Source of the DNA: Antedon mediterranea
Lineage: Eukaryota > Animalia > Echinodermata
Length of the DNA: 64,000 bases
Reading direction: 5' to 3'
Assembly: GCF_964355755.1 (NCBI RefSeq)
Contig: NC_092670.1
Span: 25,840,795 to 25,904,794 of the forward strand
Shown: in pieces, positions 52,301-64,000 of the stretch
Numbering within the stretch: position 1 is the first letter of the stretch
Layout of the letters: every line of letters begins with the position of its first letter
Notes under the pieces: generated by a model
The model's input: only the letters and a program-made list of their open reading frames with translations
Databases searched by the model: none
What the model was told of the DNA's origin: nothing
Program-made: the position numbers and the translations under genes

Positions 52301-55300
52301 GAATGTCAAATACAATGAACTTTAAAAATTGATTCTTTAGAACAGAAAAATATCGTTAATTATTTTCATGTTAATGACTTCATAAAGGAGATATTTCATA
52401 TTTCATACATTATTAACGCATCTCATCCATGTGTATTAGGGATTGACCGAACATTTAGTCTTGCACCCTGTTACGTAACAAATACCGTGTATCACAACAC
52501 TAACTTGATGCGAAACGGAAAAATGTACACCCAATAATGCTCGGCCCCATGCTTTTACATTACAACGGACTATACCATTTTTTTAACCCACTTACAAGGA
52601 AACCTTCCAGAAAGTATAGGCAGCTTACAAGTAAGCTGTGCAGAATTGACTTTTGGATCGGATGAAGAAGCTGCAATAACAAAAGCTGTTAAACATTCAT
52701 TTCCATCTTTATCATTTGTGAACTTCACCTCAAGAATAACGTACGTCGTAAACTACAAAAAAATCACTTCGCAAAGAAATGATAAAGAACATATTTGATG
52801 ACACAACAGGACTTATATCTTGCAAAGATGAATATGAATTCAGAAAAACAGCACTGTTTATTAACAAACGCATACAACAGGACATACCAGATTTTTTGCT
52901 ATACAGTATTTAAAAAACATGCTTATAAAATAAAACCACACCTTTCATTCTAAGTGGATACCCATCGAAAAAACAACTCATGCGAGAGCATCAATGACAT
53001 TTTGAAATTAAGTGCTAATTGGACAAGCCTTAAAGTTACTGATTTAGTCAAATGGTTAAGGGATATTGTTTTGTTGCAACTTTGCGAATCACTGAGAGCT
53101 ATTTATGAGACCAGAAACAAACTCTTTATCACCTTGGGCTTCAAGATATGCCATAAAACAGTACAACTGGATTAAAAAGCGAAAACAAGACAAGATATTT
53201 AATGACTTTATGGACATATAAGAAAAAAACCAGAAAACGATGACAACAACTGATGACAAACTGACATTTCCAATGGCACCGAAAAGTGCAAGAAAACCAG
53301 GGCAACGCCAAAGGTTGAAAAGAACTGTTACCTTTAAGAAATATAAGACACATATTTAGATTAGTTACCATACTATTATTGTTCAACGTTATACAATGCA
53401 GTATTCATATTATGTAAGACAATTGTGTTAACTTTGCTACGTATTATTCAGTATTAATAATTATTCAGTCCCGGCATTTATATAGTAACAAAAGGGACTA
53501 TATAGTAGAATTTGTATTGTCTAACAAAAAAAATAAATATACATATATTATACTATATTTCATCTATATAACACTGATTATATTTATTATGTCTTAGTAA
53601 TGGTTTTTTAAAAATATAATTAAGAAATATACGGATACCACAAAACAAAAATGGAAAACCGTCGTAGCCCTGTCTGATGCAATTCTTCATATTGGCTCCA
53701 ACTGACGTCAGTTTATCAATGATGGTGTCTGATAACCCATCAGCATCCAGGCTTTGTGCTTCAGCGACACCAACAAACTCTTCATATATTGCATTTTTGA
53801 CAACAATATCGAACAGCGACAACCACTTTGCTCTTTCTTGGATGTATCCTTTGATTCATCAGAGAGGACGGAGAACAAGCAGGCTTTGTGTAGCTCGTTC
53901 TTTATTAATTTTGTTTGTTCAAGAATCATTCATTATATTTCTAAAAGGACGTTCTGATTACTGTAATGTGTATACTTGGCAAGGAACTTTCTACACTAAG
54001 GACCGAAGTTGATGTTCTTGACATATATGTCGCTTATTTGGTAAGATCGTTCTGCGATCTTACGCTAGGCAGTTAATAATAAGATCTCCGATAATGTACG
54101 CAAGTAGTGCCTATTATCCTTGAGGAGTTTTGCAGAAGCAACACTGTGGAGCTCAGATATGGATTTTAGTTTTCCGATGGCATTGTAATGTGCACATGCA
54201 TCAACACTTTCTTCAGCATGTGGAGAACTACACCGATCTGGCAAAAGCTTGTTGGATCTAAAACTGTATTTCCATAACACTTTTTCCAGTTCCCTTATCA
54301 ACTAAAAAAGTGGACTTGCTTATTTTGTCTGCACCAAAATGTCGGCATTTAAAACAGTATACTGTGTCTTCATATTGAGAGTATTCAATCCAAGGATATT
54401 TAAATAAATTGCTTTCCAATTAGATAATATGTTTATACCTTAACCGGCTATTATAATGTGTTATTATTATAATGTGTTTTACAGAGGTTTTATATACTAC
54501 TGTACAATACCAATAGACAGTTTAATGGAAATAATAATAAATAAAAAATGAAATAAATCAAAATTAAAAACGAAATGCAACATAAGATTAACGCACGAGA
54601 AGTAAAGCCATGAATACAACCATGGGACATAAAACTAAAACACAAGACCATGAATACAACCATGGGACATAAAACTAAAACACAAGAGTAAGAAAAGAAT
54701 TTTTAAAGCATTTTGTAATTACTATATTTTCAATTTTTTTTTTTTTTTTTTTACTGAAATTTTATAATATTAAAAATATATGTGCAGTACTAAAAGAAAG
54801 AAATACAAATATGTGACGTGTATTGTAACACATTTTATAAATTGTAAATAAGTATGTATTTTTCTGTCTATGTAAACCGCATTGAGGCTTTCAGCATAAT
54901 GCGCTATATCAAGTACCAGTTATTATTATTATTATGTTGTGGTTATTATATGATGCATGTATGAAATTATGAATGTATGCGAATATATACAGTTTGTGTT
55001 TGGATGTACATGTACAGGGACATATTTATATATAAAACAAGGAAATTTGAAAAATAATTACAATAAATTGCAATAGAAACTGGTTTTTTTTTAAACATAC
55101 AGTTAAATATTTAAGTTTTAGATGTAGAGCAAAGTAGGAAAATAAAAGAAAATTATGAAAAAAGATGGATAATATAAAAGTATAGAATTTTTACGAACAT
55201 ACTACTTATTTTTTATCAAATCGTATAAAGGATAATATATAAGAATATAATTGGGGGAAAAATCAGAATAATATTGGAATATATAAATTAGGAAGATATA

Positions 55301-58300
55301 TAAATCATTGAATTGATCATTTGAAAATGAAATAAATAAAAGTTGTGGTTGACGCCACAAAAGAAAAAAAAAGAATAGGAATCTAAAGCAGAAGGAAACA
55401 GTTATTAGCAAATAACAGAAAAAAGCTAGTACATCTACCTGAGGAATGTGGTCAATAACAGACTTCACTGTCTCACTCAGGTAGTAGAGCTGAAACACCT
55501 AATGCTGAAGAAGAAGCTGCAACAATAGCCAGGCAGAACTTTGCATCCTCTAAAAGGAAGAAAGCCACAGAAAGTGTTTCTGCAAGAAACCCATTTTGAC
55601 AATAATATAACAAGGCAAGATACACTGTGGAAACGTAAAACCTGTCACACCTTTAGAACAACAAATAGTTTAGGAGTGTCTATCTTGTTTAAGTCTAGTT
55701 TAGATGTTAAAGTATATTAAACACAAATTTACAGACGAAGAAGGTAGAATTATAATTTTAAACTTCAGTTATAATAAAAAGGTAAATTTACTTTAAGAAA
55801 CTGGATAGGAAAATATTTTCTCCCCGCAATGATAATCATGAATACATTATAATGAGAGGAGATATGAATTGTATTTTGCAGCATCAAATAGATCAAAGAA
55901 AGAGTAAACTTATCCAAAAATATGATACCTTATCAGATAATGTATGATAAAACACAACATAATTGATATATGGAAGTACTGCCACAGTAATAAAACACAG
56001 TTTACCTGGAGGTGAAAAGATACTTTTCGTAGATTAGACTACTGGTGCATCTCTAGAGCCTCCACAAAAACAGTGAGAGGACCTCCATATTTTCATACCA
56101 TTAAGCAATCTCACTTAAACCCGTAAATATCAACCAAGTGGAAAGGACCAGAAAAACATAATAAATATAATAGAAATCATTAAAATAATGAAACAATTTA
56201 AGTCCAGACCTACAATGGGAATTCTTGAAAGTTAAAATAAAAGAATTCACTCGTAGATATTGTAAAAAGAAGAAAAAAAAAGAATGCAATAGCCCAAAAA
56301 ATAAATTAATGAAGTTGATGAACTAACTAGTTAATTAAATGTTCTCTACTTCGAAAAAAAAACAGTTAGATGACATCTACCTCCAAGAAGCACATGGAAT
56401 AGTTGAATTAGATCAAAATAATGTAGATAATTGTCTTTAAGTTAAGTCTAGCATAAAGAACATGTTATTTTAAATTAAAGATATCTATTTGGTAAATTTT
56501 GTTTTGTTTTGTAGATGTCGATGTCCTACACATTCCCAAGCATTCTCTACCCCAATATCCAATAGAATGGATTGTTCCACACAATCATTTCAAAAGGAAT
56601 ATGCATTTGAGGTATAGTATAGACATAATATCTAGAAATGAAAGCACAGTTATCCGAAAACAATATTTGAAAATGAAAGACATATTTTTAAATGATATTA
56701 ATTGGCACAGAGGTAATTTTGTGTTTTAAAGTAAAAGTTCAGTAAGTTAGGATAGAGTTAAAGTGGAGCTCCACCCAGAAAATTTCTATTTTTCATACAT
56801 TTCACCTGTTATTTAAAAATATCATCCCTCATACTTCATATTTTAAACAAGAAATTCGTCTTTTTACAAAAAATGCTGCTCGCTTGTTGACATATAACAG
56901 TTTTAAAGATATATTGCTCCCCCCCCCCCCCTGAAAAATATTACACGTATGATGTCGTAGTATGTTTTTGAGACAACATCTGCATAAGTAGAAGATGCGA
57001 CTTGCTAATTTCTGCAAGGACTTCCTCTGCGATCAGTGCCTTGCCTTGAATTCGTCTCGAATGCCGTGGTTCATCTAACTCGACTTGGTTGTATGGTGAC
57101 GATGAAGTTGGTTCCGTGGACATTGTCGTCGCAGTAGGATTCGTCTGCTTTTGGATGATATCGTTCATTGGTGTTGGTGAAGTTGGATTGGTCATTGGTG
57201 ATATTGGAACAGCTATCTGCTCTCCTGCTTTGTCAGAAGCAGGTGGTGGATTAATATTTCCGGCACTCCAATGATAACTTCGTAGACAGCGTCTTCCTCC
57301 TCAGCAACTTCCAGTGGTTCGGGATTGATACTGTAGATGGTGGTTCGCATGCTGATGGTTCTATTTCAGGTTCCTTCACCGGCTGAGGTTGAAAAAACTC
57401 TACAAATTTTTTGCTATGCAACAGGTCACGTCGGTTTTTTGAATATCTAATGCTGCTTTCTCTGAATTGAATGCAGACTTCAGACGAAGATGATTGGTAA
57501 CCCATTCTTCGTTGGTGTTATCTAACCCTAACAGGTGATCAACGTCCAAAGAAAAGGTAATACGATTAGTAGCCGGTTAATGAGTGTGGTGTACAATTGT
57601 AAGCATATACAAATTCAGAAAGAAACCTGTGCCATTTACGTTTCTTGTCAGTGTGAAGTCTATCGTGCATCATGCGATTAAAACGCCACACTGGCTATTT
57701 CCCTCAGGGTGATATGGTATAAACTTGTACATAATTCTTTGATGATCTTGCTCTCAAAGTTTCTGCCCTGATTGCTATAGATTCTCATTGGTATGCCATA
57801 ACGCACAAACCAGTTGTTTACCAACAATCGAGCGCCGGTTGTTGCTTTTTAATCTTTCGCTGGAATGGCTTGAGTGAACTTGGTGAACACATTTGTTAAA
57901 ACAAGTACGTTCTCTATTCTGTTGCTGCTTGGTTTTAGAACAATAAGGTCAATGGTGACTATCTCGAGAGGCTTCTTCACAAGCATTGAACTCATAGTTG
58001 GCCGTAGTTTCTTCCCGGCCTTCGACAACATGCAGCGTTGACATTTGTTACAATATTTTAATATATTTATCAATCTCCATCTCGGGCCAGTAACATCGCT
58101 GTCGAGCTAGAGCCATTGTCTTTTTATTGGCTGGATGACCAACATCATCATGTATTGCTTTGAGAATTTTCCGTTTAAGCGTTTCCAGTAGAAGCAATTG
58201 TTTAAATGATTGACCCTTGATTGTTATATTGCGATAGAGTACTTCGAGAGGCGTTCCCACTCTCGGAATAACTTCCTTGTCACCTTGTTCTCCACTTGAA

Positions 58301-61300
58301 TTTTCTGTGCTGTGGGCGGTCTGCCAATCCTATTCTTCCAGAGCTGTACTAGTTTTCCAATTGCTAGATCTGACTGGCAGATTCAGTAAGTCGACGTTTA
58401 ATTTCACATCATTTGTAGTCAGTTATTCAGCAAGTACCACTTCTTCAATAGTCAATCTCAACTTTTCTGGAATTAGCGTGTTAGTTGTAGGATTCTAATC
58501 TTACATGCTATTCCTCCCCATGAACAGTTTTCCGGCGTAGACCATCTGCATTTGCGTTGGATTTTCCTGGCTTGTATTTGGTAGTGAAGTTGAATTGAGC
58601 TATAATTCAGCACGCCATCTCATTTCAATCGCTCCCAGTTTAGCAGTGGTTCTGAAGTAACTATTAGAGGATTGTTGTTTGTGTAAACGATGAATTCTGC
58701 TCCAATGAGAATTATTATTATTGCATTCATTGGCCATAATTCTGCTTCGCAATTACCTATCTCCTCCTATGATAATTGTTTTTAATAGCTGAAAACTGGT
58801 CAAACAGCATATTGTTAAAGACAAACCAAATTTCTTCAAAAAATACTATTTTTATAGATTTGATAAAATACTATACGTTTATACAAACGTATTGCTTGGC
58901 AATGAATATTCTGTCTCCCAGTACTCTATTTCGTACAACGCAAGTGGGTAAATTTATGGGCCCTTTTTGGGAATAAACTTGAAACCTTTTTTATTACTTA
59001 TTTAGGATTGGAATAATCTAGATACAACTACCATAAATCATTTACCTGTAAATACTGTAAATTCATTTAGAAAGCATATAAAAACCCTTTATTTATCTTG
59101 TTTATTATTTTAGGGGTCATTGTGAGACAAGTTTTACTTCTAATTTTGATCCCTAAGATGGTCTTATATTAATTGTTGATTATTGTTTATTGAAATATTG
59201 TTTGTTATATATTGTTTGTAATGACCATCTTAAATAAATGTTTATTGAAACTTGAAAACCTTTAAATATAGTATTACATACTGTAGTAAGTTATACTGTA
59301 AGTTGTGTATAACTATGAAGATAAACAATTTTTACTTCATTAGTATAACAAATTTTAACAATACTGTAATATTATCTTGCATATCCATTACTTAAAAGTA
59401 AATAAATACTGTAGATAATACCAGTAGGCCTACACCTGGTGTTGCTTTGTTTTCAGTTTTTTTTTTAAACCAACGACAAGGTTCAGACTCTGCAAATATA
59501 AAAAGAAAATGGTTTGACTTTTTTAATGATGTTGTCATTTGTATTTGTTTTAAAAACATTTCTGTGCAGATGATTTTTAGAAAATAAGAAAACTACACAG
59601 ATTTTGACCGACCCTTTTCATGCATAAAAGCTTTTAAAATTTGTCAGAAAATCATAAATAATACTAACCACCTGATCATAAAAAATAAAATACAATTATT
59701 CGGAGAGTTTATAGGCCCATTGCGTTACGAATGTCGAAAAATATTGTGCATTAGCCATACATGATTTTGGTATTCTAGTGTGTAAAATAATATATAATTG
59801 TTTGATTAGTGATCCGCAGCTGTACGGCAAAGGTTGTGGGAAATTGAACATTTTGTTTACAGGAATGGTGGGGTATGTGGGTCAATACGACTTTAGGAAG
59901 TAACTCCCCTATAATATGCACAGTACTATAGTTTAGTTTAGGATTATATTTTTGTCCTATACATCAGTAGGCCATGGACTTTGTTCTGAAAGAAAAGTTG
60001 ATTGTTTGATTTAATTGATTAATAAGCTTAATCAACTACAGAATGAAAACTGAATCCACTCATAATCCCATCATCAAAACATTTATGTATTTAATACCCT
60101 TAATAATTCAATACTGTAGAGCATTTCATACTATATCTTTACCTTACACTAGATGTTTACTAGGCCTAATGATTGCTAAACAAATAAAATTGATAATAAA
60201 TCAATATTTCTTAAAATTAATAAATAGAATATCTATTTAACGTCATTTACCGACGAAAGAACAATAATTAAAACGTTATGTCAAAATTCGAGCAGTGTTT
60301 TTTGTAAGAAATATTTCTAAAAATAAATCAGTTTTCTGTACATGTCATATTTTTCCCGTTTTTTTTTTTTTACTTTCAATTTAACATAAAGCTGAGAAAG
60401 TCTGACTGTAGCTTTTCTTTATGTTTTATGAATAGTAATTCTTTTTTTCAGATGGCCTGTTCAAATATCCGTTACGGAGAGGGAGTAACACAAGAAGTTG
60501 GGATGGTTAGTATACTCTGAAAGAATTCTCTTTTATTAGGTCAATAAATATACACTAGCAGGTACCCGTCCAATGGATGGGTATCCTCATAATGATTGTA
60601 GAGATAATAGAGTAATATAGTACAATGCAGTATACACAAATCTATAAATGGATGTATAATGCCGAGAGGTACATTGCATTTATATTAGAAGGAAGATAAA
60701 GATAAATGCCAGTGTCTTTTTGTTTTGTTTTAAATACAAATGTACAGTTCGCAAATAATAGTAGTGCTCACTGTAAAATGAATGTTTGAAAAACATGCAG
60801 TCACAAATAAACCCAGAATCTCGTAAACGTAATATACATCTGTACTGTATCTTTGTTCTTGTAGTGTTTATGTAAATATATTAAAATAATAGATGTTTAT
60901 ATTATTTTATTGATTAATATTATTATGTCATTTTTTTCCATCCTCATGTTTGGTATTCGACATAATCCTGCATTTCATAGTGGTCTGGTAAATTGTCATG
61001 TTTTTTAAAAGCTTCCAAAGTATGTTAATATTATTTCCAGCTGGAAAACAGTGACTTAGTTGAATTTGGTTGAATATTCTTGCAGTATCCTGTTGTTCAA
61101 TTGTTGCATGGAGAAAAGAATTTACTCCATGGTAGTTGACTCTCTTGATTTGTGGTGGTTTGTCTTTAAGATGAACAACAATGTATGGCCTAATTAGAAA
61201 GAAGTAAATATGATTGCAACTTCATCCTCCTTGTAGGCCTACACCCCTTAAAAAATAAATTACATAAAATGTAATGCAAAACATAATGTTAGCATAATGT

Positions 61301-62504
61301 AGTTTACAATATTTCATATCATAAAACCCTACCGGGAGCTAATGAAATAAGAAGCCTCTCTTTTAGTCAGACATTATATCGGCCTAAAAGTGGGCCGAAT
61401 TGTTCCGTCACACCTGGGCCGAATTGTTCCGTCACACCTGGGCCGAACCATCTCGCATTCAATTATTAACTATTGCCTACATACTGTAGCAGCTTTGGAA
61501 TATTAATTAGTAAGAAACATAATCTAGCCTAGTGTTATCACTGCATTTTGTGTTTGGAAAAATGGTAAAAAAGGTGCTCAATCTTATCATGAGGAAAAAG
61601 ACAAATGGTCCAAAGTTGACCTGTCAATTGCTTGGGTAAACAATCAATGTGTCAATATTAACTTAGAAGGTGCAAAGTGTTAACTACATTGCTGTACTGT
61701 AGTCAGTACAGTTAGGTTTGAATTGATTTTAAACCTGTGCATACAGAAAAATCTCTGAAATTTACTTAATAACCTAAATTTACGAATATTCTCAAATACA
61801 AACGCTACCATACATAATTGAGGGGTTTTACTGTACTGTAGTATTAGCAGAAGAAATATATCACTTTAGTGTAACAAAAACAATATGAATAAGTGTAGAC
61901 AAGGCTTTATTCATAATACAAAATTGTTAGTATTTTGCAATTTGTTCAATATCCTATTAGCATAGTTTGTATCAATAAACAAGTTATAGATTGTGTGTCT
62001 ATCTTGACATATTCCAATACCCATATCAAATTCACTAAGAAAAACATTTAAACAAATATTCTTTTATTTGCTTTTTTTTCCAGGACTTTAAAAACCTTGG
62101 TGCTAAGAATATTTGTGTTGTCACTGATAAAACGGTAGTTTTTTTTTTCTTGTTATTTTATAATAAATTTGAATTATTGCCCAAGAAGGTGGTGATAGAA
62201 TTAAAATAACTTTGCATGACCAAAAGAGTATCTAAAAAATTCCAGATACATGATTCCCAATGAGTTTAGAACTGCTGTTCACTTCTAATTGTATTAACAT
62301 TAAATAAAGCAATGTTTCACTTACCGTAAACCAATCACTGAATATACGTTATTAATGTTTTTTTTGTATATTGATACTATACTGTACCTTACTATTTTAG
62401 ATTAGTAAACTTCCCCCAATGAAGACAGTTCTGGACTCTCTCCAGATTCAAAGGCTGAACTTTCAAGTGTTTGATGATGTCAGAGTGGAGCCTACAGATA
62501 TTAG
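49368..62504 (+). CDS. ADHFE1: Mitochondrial hydroxyacid-oxoacid transhydrogenase (iron-containing ADH family), first five coding exons; gene continues beyond the window
   Basis: Exons 49368-49426 (MSSAARKSVQTLMKILDSA), 56515-56611 (CRCPTHSQ..KEYAFE), 60452-60505 (MACSNIRYGEGVTQEVGM), 62084-62134 (DFKNLGAKNICVVTDKT) and 62401-62504 (ISKLPPMKTVLDSL..VFDDVRVEPTD). Phase-compatible GT-AG introns; matches the recalled ADHFE1 N-terminus (CQCPTHS..DYAFEMAVSNIRYG..VRVEPTD). Confidence 0.93.
50040..50348 (-). mobile_element. tRNA-derived SINE with CORE-like domain and (TTA)n tail
   Basis: Minus strand: GGGCGTGTGGCGCAGTGTGTTGG..GATTCGAATCC..TATCCGTAGGCAAGATACTTTAC..CTCTCCACCCAGGTGTATAAATGGGTAC..GCGCTATATAAGAATGAAC(TAT)n. 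Confidence 0.75.
51363..52242. mobile_element. Probable Harbinger-like MITE
   Basis: Imperfect TIR AGCCCTTTTCACATAG ... CTGTGTGAATGGGGTT; subterminal TTCACACAG repeats. Confidence 0.4.
52250..53400 (+). mobile_element. Mutator (MULE)-like transposase remnant
   Basis: Frameshifted LGIDRTFSLAPCYVTNTVY, FGSDEEAAITKAVKHSFP and NNSCESINDILK. Confidence 0.7.
53650..54420 (-). mobile_element. hAT (ZMYM1-like) transposase remnant
   Basis: YPWIEYSQYEDTVYCFKCRHF, NRHYLRTLSEILL, FSVLSDESKDTSKKEQ, YEEFVG and CIRQGYDG. Confidence 0.82.
54608..54687. repeat. 40-bp perfect tandem duplication
   Basis: CCATGAATACAACCATGGGACATAAAACTAAAACACAAGA x2. Confidence 0.9.
55560..56400 (+). mobile_element. Highly degenerate L1-like endonuclease/ORF2 remnant
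   Basis: Fragments FLQETH, GVSIL, DEEGRIII, GDMNC, IDIW, FTWR, SRLDY and WEFLKVKIKEF. Confidence 0.65.
56950..58720 (-). mobile_element. Gypsy/Ty3 LTR-retrotransposon pol remnant (RNase H + integrase)
   Basis: VYTNNNPL, AKLGAIEMRW, KYKPGKSNANADGL, HDDVGH..ARQRCYWP, CNKCQRC, KPLEIVTID, LTNVFTKF and WFVRYGIP. Confidence 0.88.
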
Positions 62505-63152
62505 GTAATTTCATGGTTTCAATTATTTAGTGATCTTTTTTGTAAAATTTGATGTGCGCAAAATTATTTTGAAAGTTTGTGTTCTTCACACCTGCTATGA
62601 TGAATATATTACAATTTTTTTCATGAACTCTAAATGTTAAATAATGCCACACATGCACATCAAACTTGTGTGTTTTAATGCCAATTTGTATAAACATTAT
62701 GCGTATTCTTAAATTTAATTTATAAATTTTACCTACAGTACTGACAGCATATCATGTTCCATAACCCGCGGTTTTTGCATGTGTAAAAAAGAATAATTGC
62801 CGCGTGCCTGTATTTGCTGCGTGGACCATGACGTCATTCAGCTTCTTACTGGTAAAATAAATATGAAACTTGCGATGCGACGCCTGCGACAACAACACAC
62901 TTGGGTATCAGTATTGTTTAGGCCACCAATTAATGTATGTAACAAAGTTTATTATCCAAAGTACCCTCCAGGATTACATTAAAGTCAGATCAAAATTGAT
63001 ACAAACAGTAGAAAATATATATAAATCCAAAGGCAAATTACTGAAAAAATGACAATGCTGTGGGTATCAGCAGTGGCTAGATATCAATGGATATACAAAA
63101 ATAAAGCGAAAAGCTAATGAATCAAAACGATAAAGTAAAACAGCCAGAAAAG

Positions 63153-63193
63153 TTAGCAAAGCTTTCGAGCAACTAGCCCTTCATCAGTGCAAG
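63153..63193 (-). ncRNA. Minimal hammerhead ribozyme motif, family A (CUU triplet)
   Basis: TTGCA-CTGATGA-A-GGGC-TAGTT-GCTC-GAAA-GCTT-TGCTAA. Confidence 0.7.
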
Positions 63194-63417
63194 TGAAAGG
63201 TACTTGGACAAAGATAAAATTATCCAAAGTACCCTCCAGGATTACAGCAAAGTCAGATCAAAATTGATACAAACAGTAGAAAATATATATAAATCAAAAG
63301 GCAAAATACTGAAAAAATGACAATGCTGTGGGTATCAGCAGTGGCTAGATCTCAATGGAGATACAAAAAAAAAGTGAAAAGCTAAATCAAAACGTAAAAG
63401 TAAAACAGCCAGAAAAG

Positions 63418-63459
63418 TTAGCAGAGCTTTCGGGCAACTATAGCCCTTCATCAGTGCAA
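63418..63459 (-). ncRNA. Minimal hammerhead ribozyme motif, family A (CUC triplet)
   Basis: TTGCA-CTGATGA-A-GGGC-TATAGTT-GCCC-GAAA-GCTC-TGCTAA. Confidence 0.8.
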
Positions 63460-63481
63460 TCAATCAATCAATCAATTTCAC

Positions 63482-63523
63482 TTGCACTGATGAAGGGCTA
63501 GTGTTGTCCGAAAGCTCTGCTAA
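63482..63523 (+). ncRNA. Minimal hammerhead ribozyme motif, family A (CUC triplet), sense to the ADHFE1 pre-mRNA
   Basis: TTGCA-CTGATGA-A-GGGC-TAGTGTT-GTCC-GAAA-GCTC-TGCTAA; predicted cleavage after 63517. Confidence 0.8.
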
Positions 63524-63646
63524 CTTTTCTGGCTGTTTTACTTTATTGTTTTGATTTAGCTTTTCGCTTTTTTTTTTGTATCTCCATTGAGATTCAGCCA
63601 CTGATACCCACAGCATTGTCATTTTTTTTCAGTAATTTGCCTTTGG

Positions 63647-63684
<38 letters not shown>

Positions 63685-63686
63685 AA

Positions 63687-64000
63687 ATCAGGCAAAGAAC
63701 ATTAATTCTTAACCGCCCGGTGATATACTGAAATTTAATTAATTAATTTGAAACGATAAAGATGAGGAAATCTGTGAGAATGAGAAAAAGTCGCCCCAAC
63801 CGAGACTCGAACTCGGACCGTCTGCTTGATATGCAGATGTCCTAACCATTAGACCACTGGGGCTTTCATGGTATTGTTCGAACTCGATTGGATAGCGACT
63901 CTTTAACACTCTCGGCGTGGTACGGCGGAACAGCACTAGTCCTATAAAAAATCAGGTAAAGAACATTAATTCTAAACCGCCCGGTGATATACTGAAATTT
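63687..64000. repeat. Direct repeat with ~264-bp period carrying the tRNA-like gene (truncated by the window end)
   Basis: ATCAGG(C/T)AAAGAACATTAATTCT(T/A)AACCGCCCGGTGATATACTGAAATTT at 63687 and 63951. Confidence 0.85.
63792..63863 (-). tRNA. tRNA-like cloverleaf, anticodon AUC (Asp-type); probably a repeat-borne tRNA derivative
   Basis: GCCCCAG-TG-GTCT-AATGGTTA-GGAC-A-TCTGC-ATATCAA-GCAGA-CGGT-CCGAG-TTCGAGT-CTCGG-TTGGGGC-G (72 nt). All four stems pair; ACTTTTT (Pol III terminator-like) follows. Confidence 0.65.

Larger units (their letters stand above)
62951..63655. repeat. Penelope-type pLTR/retrozyme-like cluster: two ~268-bp tandem units (-) followed by an inverted partial copy (+)
   Basis: ATTATCCAAAGTACCCTCCAGGATTACA starts units at 62951 and ~63219. 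(CAAT)n spacer ~63458-63475; inverted copy 63476-63655 ends in (TA)n. Confidence 0.88.

Noticed and set aside
63880-63945. Possible twister ribozyme (TAACACT..) upstream of the tRNA-like sequence
   Set aside because: I could not find the conserved P4 loop or pseudoknot pairings.

Overview
AT-rich, intron-rich animal genomic DNA, most likely from a marine invertebrate (taxon inferred from repeat types only). Reading splice sites by hand gives three spliced genes that the ORF track shows only in fragments. (1) On +, the 3' part of a gene for a probably secreted protein with a DPDGD-VRCRWA domain, two SbsA/Big_5-like Ig repeats and a ZP module (845 to ~13287). (2) On -, an apparently complete 12-exon gene for a ~521-aa protein with two ubiquitin-like domains, a vWA (MIDAS) domain and a basic tail ending in the CaaX box CGIM (24261-38077). 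(3) On +, the 5' part of ADHFE1 (from 49368, running off the window). The rest is layered transposon debris: BEL/Pao, Gypsy, Penelope, L2/CR1, L1/Tx1, RTE, P/THAP9, hAT, MULE, Kolobok-, Ginger-, Harbinger- and Helentron-like non-autonomous elements, tRNA-SINEs and a satellite. The most notable non-coding signals are five minimal hammerhead-ribozyme motifs in Penelope-type terminal repeats, three of them in a tandem-plus-inverted cluster in an ADHFE1 intron. Next to that cluster is a fully paired tRNA cloverleaf with an AUC anticodon inside a ~264-bp direct repeat. All coordinates were counted by eye; repeat boundaries are approximate unless a TSD is given.
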